From: Patescibacteria group bacterium
Lineage (GTDB): Bacteria > Patescibacteriota > Patescibacteriia > XYB2-FULL-38-15
Length of the DNA: 64,000 nt
Direction: 5' to 3'
Assembly: GCA_041650995.1 (NCBI GenBank)
Contig: JBAZJZ010000001.1
Location: forward strand, 227,166 to 291,165
Position 1 is the first letter of the stretch; each line of letters begins with the position of its first letter. The position numbers and the translations under genes were made by a program. The notes beneath the pieces were generated by a model. The model had not been told where the DNA came from. It did not search any database and saw only the letters and a list, made by a program, of their open reading frames with translations. Below are positions 1 through 8,481 of the stretch, piece by piece.

Positions 1-55
1 TCCGCCACTTTTTCAATCTACCAAACCGTGGTATAATTTAGAAACAAGATTTGAG

Positions 56-67
56 TTGTGGATAACT
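56..67. repeat. 12-bp direct repeat TTGTGGATAACT (left copy). It contains a perfect DnaA-box complement TGTGGATAA.
   Basis: An identical 12-mer recurs at 1996-2007. The two copies flank the integrase module. Confidence 0.5.
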
Positions 68-97
68 CTAAAAAAGACCTTTATGCTTGTCGGGGCC

Positions 98-126
98 TTG
101 ACAGAAAAAAAATACTTTGGTAAAAT
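98..126 (+). promoter_or_regulatory. sigma70-like promoter TTGACA-17-TAAAAT
   Basis: Perfect -35 at 98-103 and -10 TAAAAT at 121-126 with a 17 nt spacer. A stem-loop AACGGCCC..GGGCCGTT lies about 165-191. Confidence 0.4.
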
Positions 127-196
127 TGTGCATACCGATATTTTGTGTTTTGAGTAAAACGAAACGGCCCCCATTTTAGTGAGGGCCGTTAAGTGT

Positions 197-469
197 TTAG
201 CCGGCGGTGGAATCAGCAGTTTGCTCTGCTGGTTCTTTTTTTACATAACGCTTTTTGGCGTCAACATAAAAACAGAACGCACGCTTGCCATGGTCTTTCG
301 CATAAATGCGAACGCCATTGCGAAGCGTTATCCACGGACGGCAAATCATTGCCATACTCGTGTTTGTTATCCGGCGCTTAAACATGACCGGTTTGCCGTA
401 CCCCGGATTTAATTTAAGATAGATAACAAAACCACCGGGCGCAGACGCCCCGCCGTTTCTGTTTTTCAC
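197..469 (-). CDS. hypothetical 90 aa protein in a moderately GC-enriched segment next to the integrase. Possible element cargo.
   Basis: Open frame only. No recognised domain. Confidence 0.25.
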   Translation of the reverse strand: MKNRNGGASAPGGFVIYLKLNPGYGKPVMFKRRITNTSMAMICRPWITLRNGVRIYAKDHGKRAFCFYVDAKKRYVKKEPAEQTADSTAG

Positions 470-781
470 ATTTGCGGCGAGTGTTCATAGCACTCCACAA
501 ACCCGAAGGTCTGGCGGAGCGACCACGCTCGATGGTTTATCTCTTTTATGGCGATTGAGATAATCCTGCGCCTCGTCTATGAAACGAGAATAAATTGTTT
601 AACCAACTAATTTTAGATTAACACAACCCCTAAAAAAGCGCAAGGCCTATCAAGACCCTGGGAAGAAAATCGCTCTTAAAATCATAACCACTCCCGCGGC
701 AATTACAAACCATGCAAGAAGATCAAGAAAGCTGCGGCTGTCGCGCGTAAGTCGTGGCATATTCTTTAATTTTACCGCACC

Positions 782-1717
782 CTAAATTTTTATCAAGAGT
801 CCTTGCCGGAGATTTGATGAACCATAAATTTTATGGTACTCCCGCTCGATGTCTTTGTCTTCGGGATGAATGTAAATCTGGGTTGAGCGGATACTCGCAT
901 GGCCTAAGATTTTTTGTAAATATACCAAGTTAATATTATTCTTTGATCCCAGCGTGGCGAATCCGTGCCGGCAGGAGTGAGGAGTAATTTTTTTATCTAT
1001 GCCACATTTCGTGCGTAGCCGACGAAAGAGGCGCTGGACCGCGCAAGGGCTGATTCTGTTTCCATAATTATTGGCATCAAGCGCGATGAAAAGTGCTCCG
1101 GCTTCCACGTGCTCCCGCTCGAGCATTTTCTGCCGCACGTCGAGCCATCTATACAAAACATCGTTTGTCATCTCATCCCAGAAAATCTGACGTCTGTGAT
1201 TTTTTCTTTTGAACGTTTTGATCTCAGTCATTTTTTTATTAAGGTTTATGTCGTCAGCATTGATGCTTAAAAGTTCGCCAATCCGCACGCCGGTCGCAAA
1301 GAGTAAAGAGACGATTGTTTTGTCGCGCAGATCCCTGGGGAAAAACTCGTCGAAATAATTTATCATTCTTAAAAATTCATCGGGCGTTAAACATTCGTGA
1401 GATTTAACGTCGTATCTGTTCGGGATCGGGATCAGCCCTTCGGCATAGGGAACGAGGCCTTGCTGATGGAGCCAGTGCCAGAGGGAGCGCGTGGCCGTGA
1501 TGTAGTGATAGCGCGTGCCACTATGCAGCCCCCGGTTTTCAAGCCACAAAAGAAAATTGGCAAAATCAGAGACGGTCAATTTTAAAATTTCTTTTCTCGT
1601 CAGGTCGAGCCAAATCTCAAGCTGGCGCAGCGCCCAAAAATACGATGAGACGGTCGCTCCCGAATGGCCGGCGCGGAGCCACACTAAGAATTGACTGATG
1701 ATTTCTTTGTTGACCAT
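782..1717 (-). CDS. tyrosine site-specific recombinase of the XerC/XerD/phage-integrase family
   Basis: The C-terminal catalytic signature HSCRHGFAT...LGHASIRSTQIYIH carries the R..H-x-x-R..Y active-site residues. Confidence 0.85.
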   Translation of the reverse strand: MVNKEIISQFLVWLRAGHSGATVSSYFWALRQLEIWLDLTRKEILKLTVSDFANFLLWLENRGLHSGTRYHYITATRSLWHWLHQQGLVPYAEGLIPIPNRYDVKSHECLTPDEFLRMINYFDEFFPRDLRDKTIVSLLFATGVRIGELLSINADDINLNKKMTEIKTFKRKNHRRQIFWDEMTNDVLYRWLDVRQKMLEREHVEAGALFIALDANNYGNRISPCAVQRLFRRLRTKCGIDKKITPHSCRHGFATLGSKNNINLVYLQKILGHASIRSTQIYIHPEDKDIEREYHKIYGSSNLRQGLLIKI

Positions 1718-1810
1718 AGTTTTTGTTTTTGTTATTATTTAATTAAAGAACATTCAACTTTACAATAGGCAAGGAATTTGTCAAATAGTTTAGTTGATTT
1801 TTGGTTGATA

Positions 1811-1839
1811 TTGACTTTTAAAATTCAATTTATTATAAT
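1811..1839 (+). promoter_or_regulatory. sigma70-like promoter TTGACT-17-TATAAT
   Basis: Consensus hexamers sit directly upstream of the small HTH ORF. Confidence 0.4.
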
Positions 1840-1847
1840 AAATTTAT

Positions 1848-1994
1848 ATGAGAAAAAGTGCTTTACACAAAGCGATTATTTTCCTTTATTTTTGCGAAGG
1901 ATACACGATCACGGAGATTCACCGCGAGTTGAAAAAAATATCAAAACAGGCCGTCCATAAAGTTGTTAAAAATCGGTTGACGGAATTAAAATAG
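1848..1994 (+). CDS. 48-aa putative helix-turn-helix protein. It could be an Xis/regulator-like partner of the integrase.
   Basis: An ATG ORF, MRKSALHKAIIFLYFCEGYTITEIHRELKKISKQAVHKVVKNRLTELK, has a predicted HTH (YTITEI..ISKQAVHK). It ends 1 nt before the right direct repeat. It is too short for the ORF track. Confidence 0.35.
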   Translation: MRKSALHKAIIFLYFCEGYTITEIHRELKKISKQAVHKVVKNRLTELK

Positions 1995-1995
1995 A

Positions 1996-2007
1996 TTGTG
2001 GATAACT
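1996..2007. repeat. 12-bp direct repeat TTGTGGATAACT (right copy)
   Basis: Identical to 56-67. Confidence 0.5.
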
Positions 2008-2142
2008 TGTGATTTGACAGATCTTTGATGTAGGTGTAAAGTTGAAAAAGAAATTGACAATTGAAGTCCGGAAGTTAAAAAGAGTGTGTAGTGCACCGCA
2101 GTGGCAAAAGAGATAAAGAGCATTTTCATGTTATAATAAAAG

Positions 2143-2164
2143 GGACGTTAATTCGTCCTTTTTT
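2143..2164 (+). terminator. terminator-like hairpin GGACG-TTAATT-CGTCC followed by TTTTTT, immediately 5' of the queA start codon
   Basis: Seen in sequence. An extended -10 TGtTATAAT lies just upstream, about 2129-2137. Confidence 0.35.
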
Positions 2165-2167
2165 CGT

Positions 2168-3274
2168 ATGAAATTATCTGAATTTGATTTTAATCTTCCG
2201 AAAAATTTAATCGCCCAAAAACCTGTTTCACCACGCGATGCCTGTCGGCTTATGGTTTTAGATCGTGAAAAAAAATCCATTAAACACGACTGTTTTTGTA
2301 ATCTCGGGAAATATTTTCAGCCGGGCGATCTCTTAGTTTTAAATAATTCAAAAGTTTTGCCAGCGAGGTTGATCGGGAAAAAGGAAACAGGCGGTAGAGT
2401 CGAGATTTTATTATTAAAAAATCTTAAAGCCACTCTGTGGCAATGTCTTGTGGGTTTTGTTCCGGTTACTAAGCAGATTGGGCTGAAAATAAAATTTAGT
2501 AAAAAATTATTTGGTGAAATTATAAAGCGGGCGGGGGACACTGCCGTGATTAAATTTAATTTAGGCGGTGCGAAATTAATGGAACAAATTTTAAAGATAG
2601 GCCAGCCGCCCACGCCGCCATACATAAAAGTTAAAAGTGAAAAGTCAAAAGTGAAAAGTTGTTATCAAACGGTATACGCCGAGAAAATGGGTTCTGCGGC
2701 AGCTCCGACGGCAGGTATGCATTTTACGAAGTCATTGATGAATAAACTGAAGAAGATGGGCGTAGAGATTCAGTATGTTACGCTCCACGTCGGGCTTGGT
2801 ACTTTTCAACCGGTAAAAGAGGAAGATATTACCAAGCACAAAATTCACAGCGAATATTTTGAATTGGATAAAAAAACCGCCGAGCGGTTAAACAATGCCA
2901 AGCGCGCCGGTCGGCGGATTATTGCTTGCGGGACAACTACAGCGCGGGTTTTGGAAAGCTGTTCTAAATTATTCCCTGAGTCCTTCGACGCGGCTCAGGA
3001 TAAACTCCGCGTAGCGGTGGAGTCGAGGGGCGGCCTTCGACAGGCTCAGACCATAATAAAACCGCAAACCGGTGAGACAAATATTTTTATTTACCCCGGA
3101 TATAAATTTAAATTTGTTGACGCCTTGATAACTAACTTTCACGTGCCCAAATCAACTTTGATAATGCTCGTTGCGGCTTTCGCCGGGAAAAAGTTTGTTG
3201 ACCGCGCATATAAAATTGCTATAAAGAAAAAATACAGATTTTACTCCTTCGGCGATGCAATGCTGATTTTGTAA
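2168..3274 (+). CDS. queA: S-adenosylmethionine:tRNA ribosyltransferase-isomerase
   Basis: The N-terminal MKLSEFDFNLPKNLIAQKP and overall length match the QueA family. Confidence 0.9.
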   Translation: MKLSEFDFNLPKNLIAQKPVSPRDACRLMVLDREKKSIKHDCFCNLGKYFQPGDLLVLNNSKVLPARLIGKKETGGRVEILLLKNLKATLWQCLVGFVPVTKQIGLKIKFSKKLFGEIIKRAGDTAVIKFNLGGAKLMEQILKIGQPPTPPYIKVKSEKSKVKSCYQTVYAEKMGSAAAPTAGMHFTKSLMNKLKKMGVEIQYVTLHVGLGTFQPVKEEDITKHKIHSEYFELDKKTAERLNNAKRAGRRIIACGTTTARVLESCSKLFPESFDAAQDKLRVAVESRGGLRQAQTIIKPQTGETNIFIYPGYKFKFVDALITNFHVPKSTLIMLVAAFAGKKFVDRAYKIAIKKKYRFYSFGDAMLIL

Positions 3275-3275
3275 A

Positions 3276-3304
3276 TTGACTAAAAAATAAAAATAGGTTT
3301 AAAT
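3276..3304 (+). promoter_or_regulatory. promoter TTGACT-17-TTAAAT of cassette A1
   Basis: The -35 starts 2 nt after the queA stop codon. Confidence 0.45.
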
Positions 3305-3325
3305 GTAAGCAGAAGGAGGGCGCTG

Positions 3326-3529
3326 ATGGTCGAAAAAAACGAAGAATGTCCACGGGGCGAGAAGCAGCAACTGGTCGCGGAAAATATGCCCGAAGGATGG
3401 CGGTCCAGCACCAGGAAGGTGATGGTGGTCGTGGTTCCACTGAAACCGTCGCCGTTTGTCGTGCCCGAAGAAAGCTACGACTTCTCGCTCCCGCTTTTCG
3501 GAGGAACGATTCCGCACCGCGGGAGCTGA
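3326..3529 (+). CDS. hypothetical 67 aa protein, GC-rich (cassette A1)
   Basis: The RBS GAAGGAGGG sits 6 nt upstream of the ATG. There is an abrupt composition shift from the flanks. Confidence 0.4.
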   Translation: MVEKNEECPRGEKQQLVAENMPEGWRSSTRKVMVVVVPLKPSPFVVPEESYDFSLPLFGGTIPHRGS

Positions 3530-3550
3530 CAGTTTTTTTGTGCCATCACT

Positions 3551-3585
3551 GGCGCTGAGATGGAATTTGTCTCGCGCCTTTTTTA
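3551..3585 (+). terminator. intrinsic terminator GGCGC..GCGCC followed by TTTTTT
   Basis: GC stem with a T-tract. Confidence 0.5.
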
Positions 3586-3596
3586 TAAAATTAACC

Positions 3597-3624
3597 TTGA
3601 CAAATTATTTTTTTCTGTTAATCT
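3597..3624 (+). promoter_or_regulatory. promoter TTGACA-16-TAATCT of cassette A2
   Basis: Consensus hexamers. Confidence 0.45.
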
Positions 3625-3681
3625 AAAATTAGAACCTTAGGACAAAATTTCCCCATCAACAAAAAGAAGGGAGAGATTTTC

Positions 3682-4002
3682 ATGCGCCAGGAAACGACAG
3701 GAGCTCATTGTCTGGAGACTCGTTCCGATAACGGAGGTTCAAGGAAGAGAAGGGAGCTCATGGAAAAACGCCGCGTCTTACGCTTGCTGACCATCCCGGA
3801 AATCAAGCGAAAGCTTTTGCTGCGTAAGGCGTATAGGAGTCTTTCACGCTGGCAGCGCTTCATGCACGACATGGGTTTGGCCGAATTCCTTCTTAAAGAT
3901 GGAGAGATTCACCCAGAGTATCGCATAAACTGGGTTAGTGTCGTTGTTTGGGTTTTTACGCTTTGTCTTGCTGCGTTTTACATCTTCAGGATGCTTTTGT
4001 AG
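3682..4002 (+). CDS. hypothetical 106 aa protein with a C-terminal transmembrane helix, GC-rich (cassette A2)
   Basis: RBS AAGAAGGGAGAG. The C-terminal hydrophobic stretch is VSVVVWVFTLCLAAFYIF. Confidence 0.5.
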   Translation: MRQETTGAHCLETRSDNGGSRKRRELMEKRRVLRLLTIPEIKRKLLLRKAYRSLSRWQRFMHDMGLAEFLLKDGEIHPEYRINWVSVVVWVFTLCLAAFYIFRMLL

Positions 4003-4040
4003 CAAGGCGGAGAGGCCTAACCAACTCGAAGACACAACTA

Positions 4041-4071
4041 CCGACGCGGCTATTTTTGCGTCGGTTTTTTT
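4041..4071 (+). terminator. intrinsic terminator CCGACGC..GCGTCGG followed by TTTTTTT
   Basis: The same CGACGCG/CGCGTCG stem occurs at 5019 and 36463. Confidence 0.55.
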
Positions 4072-4072
4072 A

Positions 4073-4101
4073 TTGATTTTTTTCATCCATCGTGGTAAAG
4101 T
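4073..4101 (+). promoter_or_regulatory. promoter TTGATT-17-TAAAGT of cassette A3
   Basis: The flank resembles the wzx promoter region at 5049-5077. Confidence 0.4.
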
Positions 4102-4128
4102 AGGTTGATTTCCTAAAGGAGGAAGGGA

Positions 4129-5004
4129 ATGCGAAAACAGGAACCGCCTCTCGGCGATACGAGTGAATGTGCTCGCCTGACTAAGGCAGAACTCGTCAAT
4201 TTGGGTGTTGTACTTTCCGCCTTGCGCTCTTTTCGGGGTGACCGGCGGCAGCATATCGCCTATGTTACCATGCCAATCACCGGCGGCCGGCGCCTGTACG
4301 ACACTTTGAAAAAGCACGGCGCAAAAAGTGCTACTGAACTTGCGGTCAAGATCGGGGACGAGGCGTTTTACGGACTTGTGGTAAGGCCCAACATTGAAGA
4401 CGGGGTTGCTCTAGCTGATCGCCTCGGCAGCAGCAAGTCTCTGCTCTTTATCGCGCCTTCGGTTTTCGAAGCCAGGTGTTGGCAATGGTCGCAGGATGCC
4501 TACATGTCACTCTGGTATCGCGTTCTGGGCGAAATGGCTGGAGCGCACTACCTCGCGGATGGCTGGGAATACTGCGTCGGCGGCGTGAAAGAAGTAATGT
4601 TTTCTATGGCCATGCAGTGGCGTATCTTCAGGCGTTACAATATCCATGAGATGGCGAGAGCCTGGGGCCTGCAGAATTTCCTTCCCGGCATGAGCGCCAA
4701 AGAGGAAATGGCCGGGTTGGAGCGTATGTGGAGTATCCGCCTTTACGACGAGCGGGGCAAGGAACTTCGCATCGATCAAATTTTGGTAATGGTCGTTCGC
4801 GCAATCAAGGAGCTATCAAGAAACGGCTTGCCATACGAGGATCTGCTTGATCCCGCCTGGAACTTGAAAGCGATGCCAATCTTGTCGCCGATGCTTGGGG
4901 GCGGTTACGGAACTGTGCCGGCTATAACGAGTGTTTACCAAGAGGCGAGAGAAGAATTAGAAGTACTCCTTACCGCTCACAATCGTGGAGGGAAAAAGCG
5001 GTAA
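4129..5004 (+). CDS. hypothetical 291 aa protein, GC-rich (cassette A3)
   Basis: RBS AAAGGAGGAAGGGA. No recognisable family. Confidence 0.6.
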   Translation: MRKQEPPLGDTSECARLTKAELVNLGVVLSALRSFRGDRRQHIAYVTMPITGGRRLYDTLKKHGAKSATELAVKIGDEAFYGLVVRPNIEDGVALADRLGSSKSLLFIAPSVFEARCWQWSQDAYMSLWYRVLGEMAGAHYLADGWEYCVGGVKEVMFSMAMQWRIFRRYNIHEMARAWGLQNFLPGMSAKEEMAGLERMWSIRLYDERGKELRIDQILVMVVRAIKELSRNGLPYEDLLDPAWNLKAMPILSPMLGGGYGTVPAITSVYQEAREELEVLLTAHNRGGKKR

Positions 5005-5018
5005 TAGCGGAGGAGTTG

Positions 5019-5047
5019 CGACGCGGATAACGGTTCGCGTCGTTTTT
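5019..5047 (+). terminator. intrinsic terminator CGACGCG..CGCGTCG followed by TTTTT
   Basis: GC stem with a T-tract. Confidence 0.55.
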
Positions 5048-5048
5048 A

Positions 5049-5077
5049 TTGATTTTTTCTCTAAATCGCGGTAAAAT
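5049..5077 (+). promoter_or_regulatory. promoter TTGATT-17-TAAAAT for the flippase gene
   Basis: Hexamers and spacing. Confidence 0.4.
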
Positions 5078-5083
5078 TGGATA

Positions 5084-6571
5084 ATGCTTATGCCTCAAGA
5101 ATCAGAAAAAATCGCGAGAAATACTATCTATTTAACTATTGCCACGGTCGGACAAAAAGTCCTGGCTTTTTTGTATTTTATTTTAATTGCCCGCTTAGCC
5201 GGAGTTGAGGGCACGGGAAAATATTTTTTTGTTGTTTCTTTTACTACGATTTTTTCTATTTTTGTTGATCTTGGCCTTTCCTCAGTTTTGATTCGCGAGA
5301 CGGCGAAGAAGAGAGAAATGGCGGGAAAATATTTGGGAAATATTTTGGGAGCAAAAGTTGTTTTAGGTGTGCTCGCATATCTCGCGGTTGTTTTTGTGAT
5401 TAATATCATAGATTATCCGGCGGCGACCAAATTGATGGTTTATCTTTCCGGGATTGTGATGCTTTTGGATTCTTTCAACGTAACTTTTTACGCAGTTTTC
5501 CGTGGCCATCAAAATTTGCGATATGAATCAGTTGGCGTGGTTGTGAGTGAAATTTTGATAATCATCTTTGGCGGCGTAAGTTTAATTCTTCACGCGCCGT
5601 TATATTTTTTACTGCTTGCCCTAATGTCGGGCAGTCTTTTTAATTTTTTCTTTTCTTCAATTTTACTTTGGAAAAAAACCGACATCCGGCCGCGTTTGAT
5701 GATGGACAAAAGTATTTTAATATCACTTTTTAAAATTGCTTATCCTTTTGCGCTCGCGGGAATTTTTGTAAAAGTTTATTCTTATCTTGATTCAGTTTTG
5801 CTTTCAAAAATGGTGGGGGACATCGCGGTCGGGTTTTGGAGTGTGGCTTATAAACTTACTTACGCCTTTCAGTTTATTCCCATGGCTTTTGCCGCGGCCG
5901 TATTTCCAGCGATGAGCGCATATTATGTTTCTGATAAAACTATGCTCCGGAAAACTTTTGAGCGCGTACTTTTTTATCTAGCAATTTTGGCTCTGCCAAT
6001 TGCTTTTGGTATTTTTTCTTTGGCCGAACCTTTAGTTTTAAAAATTTACGGTGCTTCCTATATTCCGTCGATTTTACCGCTGCAGGTTGCTATTTTTGCC
6101 GTGGTTTTTATATTTTTAAATTATCCGGTCAGCTCGCTTTTAAATGCCACAGATCGCCAGATGGCCAATACTACCATTTTGGGCATTTCCATGTTCGTAA
6201 ATGTCGTTTTAAACGTAATTTTGATACCGAGGTTCTCGTATCTCGGAGCGGCAATTTCCACGGTGATATCCCATACATTACTTTTTATTCTGGGATTAAT
6301 TTTTGTCGGACGAGTGGTGGATTACAATAAAAAATTCATTTTTGGCGCTCTTTTTAAAATTGTTATTTCCGCCGGAGCGATGAGCGCGGTTATAATTTAT
6401 TTGCGGCCGTATGTTTATTGGATATTTTTAGTTCCGGTCGGGGCGGCGATTTATTTTTGCTTATTATTTTTGCTTCGCGGGATGGAGTGGCGCGATGTAA
6501 AAAATATTTTTAAAGCCTTGAAAAAGGAAGAGGCCATGGATATGATTGATGGGAGAAGCGAGAAAATATGA
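5084..6571 (+). CDS. MOP-superfamily polysaccharide flippase (Wzx-like)
   Basis: A 495 aa polytopic membrane protein. Its N-terminus, NTIYLTIATVGQKVLAFLYF, is typical of Wzx/PST-family proteins. Confidence 0.65.
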   Translation: MLMPQESEKIARNTIYLTIATVGQKVLAFLYFILIARLAGVEGTGKYFFVVSFTTIFSIFVDLGLSSVLIRETAKKREMAGKYLGNILGAKVVLGVLAYLAVVFVINIIDYPAATKLMVYLSGIVMLLDSFNVTFYAVFRGHQNLRYESVGVVVSEILIIIFGGVSLILHAPLYFLLLALMSGSLFNFFFSSILLWKKTDIRPRLMMDKSILISLFKIAYPFALAGIFVKVYSYLDSVLLSKMVGDIAVGFWSVAYKLTYAFQFIPMAFAAAVFPAMSAYYVSDKTMLRKTFERVLFYLAILALPIAFGIFSLAEPLVLKIYGASYIPSILPLQVAIFAVVFIFLNYPVSSLLNATDRQMANTTILGISMFVNVVLNVILIPRFSYLGAAISTVISHTLLFILGLIFVGRVVDYNKKFIFGALFKIVISAGAMSAVIIYLRPYVYWIFLVPVGAAIYFCLLFLLRGMEWRDVKNIFKALKKEEAMDMIDGRSEKI

Positions 6572-7692
6572 AAAAATTATTAATCGCAACAATTGAATTT
6601 CCGCCGCAAAGGGGCGGGATCGCGAATTATTTGGCTGGGGTGGCCGGAGCGTTGCCGGCTGATAAGGTCGCGGTTTTAGCGCCGCGACAGAAGGGCGAAG
6701 AAAATTTTGATAATCATGAGCCGTATAAAATTTACCGCAAAAAATTATTTGTGAATTTTTTATGGCCAAAATGGCTGCCGCTCGTTTGGCATTTATGGCG
6801 CGTGGCGCGGCGGGAAAAAATAGAAGTAATTTTAGTCAGCCAAGTTTTACCGGTTGGAACGGTCGCGATGATTGTGAAGAAAATTTTTAAGATTCCGTAT
6901 TTTATTTCCTGTCATGGCATGGATATTTTGACAGCCGCCGGAAATCCGCGGAAGAAAAAGTTGATGAACAAAATTTTAGAACAGGCGAGTGGTGTCGTAG
7001 CAAATAGTGAATTCACAAAAAAAGAGTTAGTAAAACTAGCCGTGCCGGAAAATAAAATCATTATTATTTATCCTTGTCCGGGGAGGATGTCCGGTATTGC
7101 ACCGGAAAGAATTTCTGAAATAAAAAATCGGCTGGGGTTGGCCGATAAAAAAATAATTCTCACGGTTGGGCGGCTCGTGGCGCGCAAAGGGCAAAATAAG
7201 GTAATTGAGGCGATGACAGAGATTTTAAAACATGTGCCAAACGCTATTTATGTAATTGTCGGTGATGGGCTGGAAAGCGAAAAACTAAAAATTCAGAGTG
7301 AAAAATTAAAATTAGAAAATAATATTTTATTTACCGGAGAGATTTCCGAAGAAAAAAAATTGGCCTTTTATCAATTGTGCGATGTGTTTATAATGACGCC
7401 GCGGCAGATTGGGGCGGATGTAGAAGGTTTTGGCACAGTGTATCTTGAAGCAAACCAATTTGGTAAACCGGTCGTAGCCGGAGGAAGCGGCGGCGTGGGT
7501 GAGGCGGTGGCGGACGGTGTGACGGGATTAGTTGTGGATCCGGAAAATATAACTCAAATTGCCGAAGCAGTGATTAAAATATTAACTGATGAAAATTTAG
7601 CAAAAAAAATGGGTGAAGAGGGGAGAGAAAGAGTGGAAAAAGAATTTGAGTGGGAAATTCAGACGGAAAAGTTGAAAAAATTTTTAGATTGA
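6568..7692 (+). CDS. GT4-family glycosyltransferase
   Basis: C-terminal GT-B motif FGTVYLEANQFGKPVVAGGSGG. The start overlaps the flippase stop. Confidence 0.8.
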   Translation: MKKLLIATIEFPPQRGGIANYLAGVAGALPADKVAVLAPRQKGEENFDNHEPYKIYRKKLFVNFLWPKWLPLVWHLWRVARREKIEVILVSQVLPVGTVAMIVKKIFKIPYFISCHGMDILTAAGNPRKKKLMNKILEQASGVVANSEFTKKELVKLAVPENKIIIIYPCPGRMSGIAPERISEIKNRLGLADKKIILTVGRLVARKGQNKVIEAMTEILKHVPNAIYVIVGDGLESEKLKIQSEKLKLENNILFTGEISEEKKLAFYQLCDVFIMTPRQIGADVEGFGTVYLEANQFGKPVVAGGSGGVGEAVADGVTGLVVDPENITQIAEAVIKILTDENLAKKMGEEGRERVEKEFEWEIQTEKLKKFLD

Positions 7693-7717
7693 CATATTAA
7701 AATATAAGTGATAATGT
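7689..7717 (+). promoter_or_regulatory. promoter TTGACA-17-TAATGT of cassette B. The -35 overlaps the GT4 stop codon.
   Basis: Seen in sequence. Confidence 0.45.
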
Positions 7718-7740
7718 GCTCACAGAAAGGAGGGCAAGCA

Positions 7741-8022
7741 ATGTCTTGTCATCACGAGGATTTAGGTCTCGAGGAACTGGAGCAGGTGGAACGAGCGGCG
7801 GTGGCGGCTGGGCTGACGGCTGAGCGGGCTGCGGCGGTCACCAGGGATATCAGGCCAGCGCGGGAATTGGCCAAAGAGACCATTGTTCGGTTGGAGCCGC
7901 GGCACATCAGCGGTTTCCAGACGCTCATCGCGATTTTGGAAACGGCTTTGCAAGAAGCGCGTGCCAAGCAGTGGATCAACGAGCCTCGCGACGAGCCGCA
8001 AGCATCTCGGACAGAATCGTGA
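7741..8022 (+). CDS. hypothetical protein of about 93 aa, GC-rich (cassette B). The track ORF 7708..8022 is trimmed to the ATG that has an RBS.
   Basis: RBS AAAGGAGGG sits 7 nt upstream of the ATG at 7741. The upstream ATG at 7708 would lie before the predicted TSS. Confidence 0.5.
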   Translation: MSCHHEDLGLEELEQVERAAVAAGLTAERAAAVTRDIRPARELAKETIVRLEPRHISGFQTLIAILETALQEARAKQWINEPRDEPQASRTES

Positions 8023-8050
8023 GTCGTGTCTATCCGACTACGCATGGTCA

Positions 8051-8080
8051 CTGGCGAACCTTTGGGAACGCCAGTTTTTA
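8051..8080 (+). terminator. intrinsic terminator CTGGCG..CGCCAG followed by TTTTT
   Basis: Stem with a T-tract. Confidence 0.5.
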
Positions 8081-8133
8081 TACAAAAAAATCTCTTCATT
8101 ACGGAGAGTTTTTACGTTTGCGCCAATTTACAT

Positions 8134-8475
8134 TTACAAATATCTTACAAATTTATTTTTTCTATCCACTAAAATATTTTTTTGCTTTATTGGTTTGCCA
8201 GTTAATTCAAAACCCATGATGATTATTTCCTCCCCAGTTTTGATGAGATGAGCCGCCGCGCCATTCATGCAAATTACGCCGGAATCGCGTTCGCCGGCAA
8301 TGATATAAGTTTCAAGCCGCGCTCCGGAAGTATTACTGACAACCAAAACTTTTTCGCCTGGCCAAAAGCCGGCTTTTTTAATTAAAATATTATCAATAGT
8401 AATACTTCCGATATAATTTAAATTCGCTTCAGTCACAATCGCTTTATGAATTTTTGAACGTAAAACCCACCGCAT
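8134..8475 (-). CDS. panD: aspartate 1-decarboxylase (pyruvoyl-dependent)
   Basis: [22 protein letters not shown] contains the Gly-Ser self-cleavage site. [22 protein letters not shown] is a PanD signature. Confidence 0.85.
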   Translation of the reverse strand: MRWVLRSKIHKAIVTEANLNYIGSITIDNILIKKAGFWPGEKVLVVSNTSGARLETYIIAGERDSGVICMNGAAAHLIKTGEEIIIMGFELTGKPIKQKNILVDRKNKFVRYL

Positions 8476-8481
8476 ATTTAT

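Noticed and set aside
1778-1960. The 60-aa track ORF MSNSLVDFWLILTFKIQF...
   Set aside because: It has no promoter or RBS logic. The overlapping 48-aa frame (1848..1994) has a TTGACT-17-TATAAT promoter 9 nt upstream and an HTH-like sequence.
2131-2167. A preQ1 riboswitch upstream of queA
   Set aside because: The sequence does not fit the preQ1-I or preQ1-II consensus. queA is also not a typical riboswitch-controlled gene. Only a simple hairpin plus T-tract is evident.
7752-8251. The overlapping ORFs 7752..8099 (-), 7762..8001 (-), 7883..8251 (+) and 7971..8219 (+) around island B
   Set aside because: They are antisense or out of frame relative to the RBS-supported 7741..8022 gene. Their composition is a GC-rich artefact.
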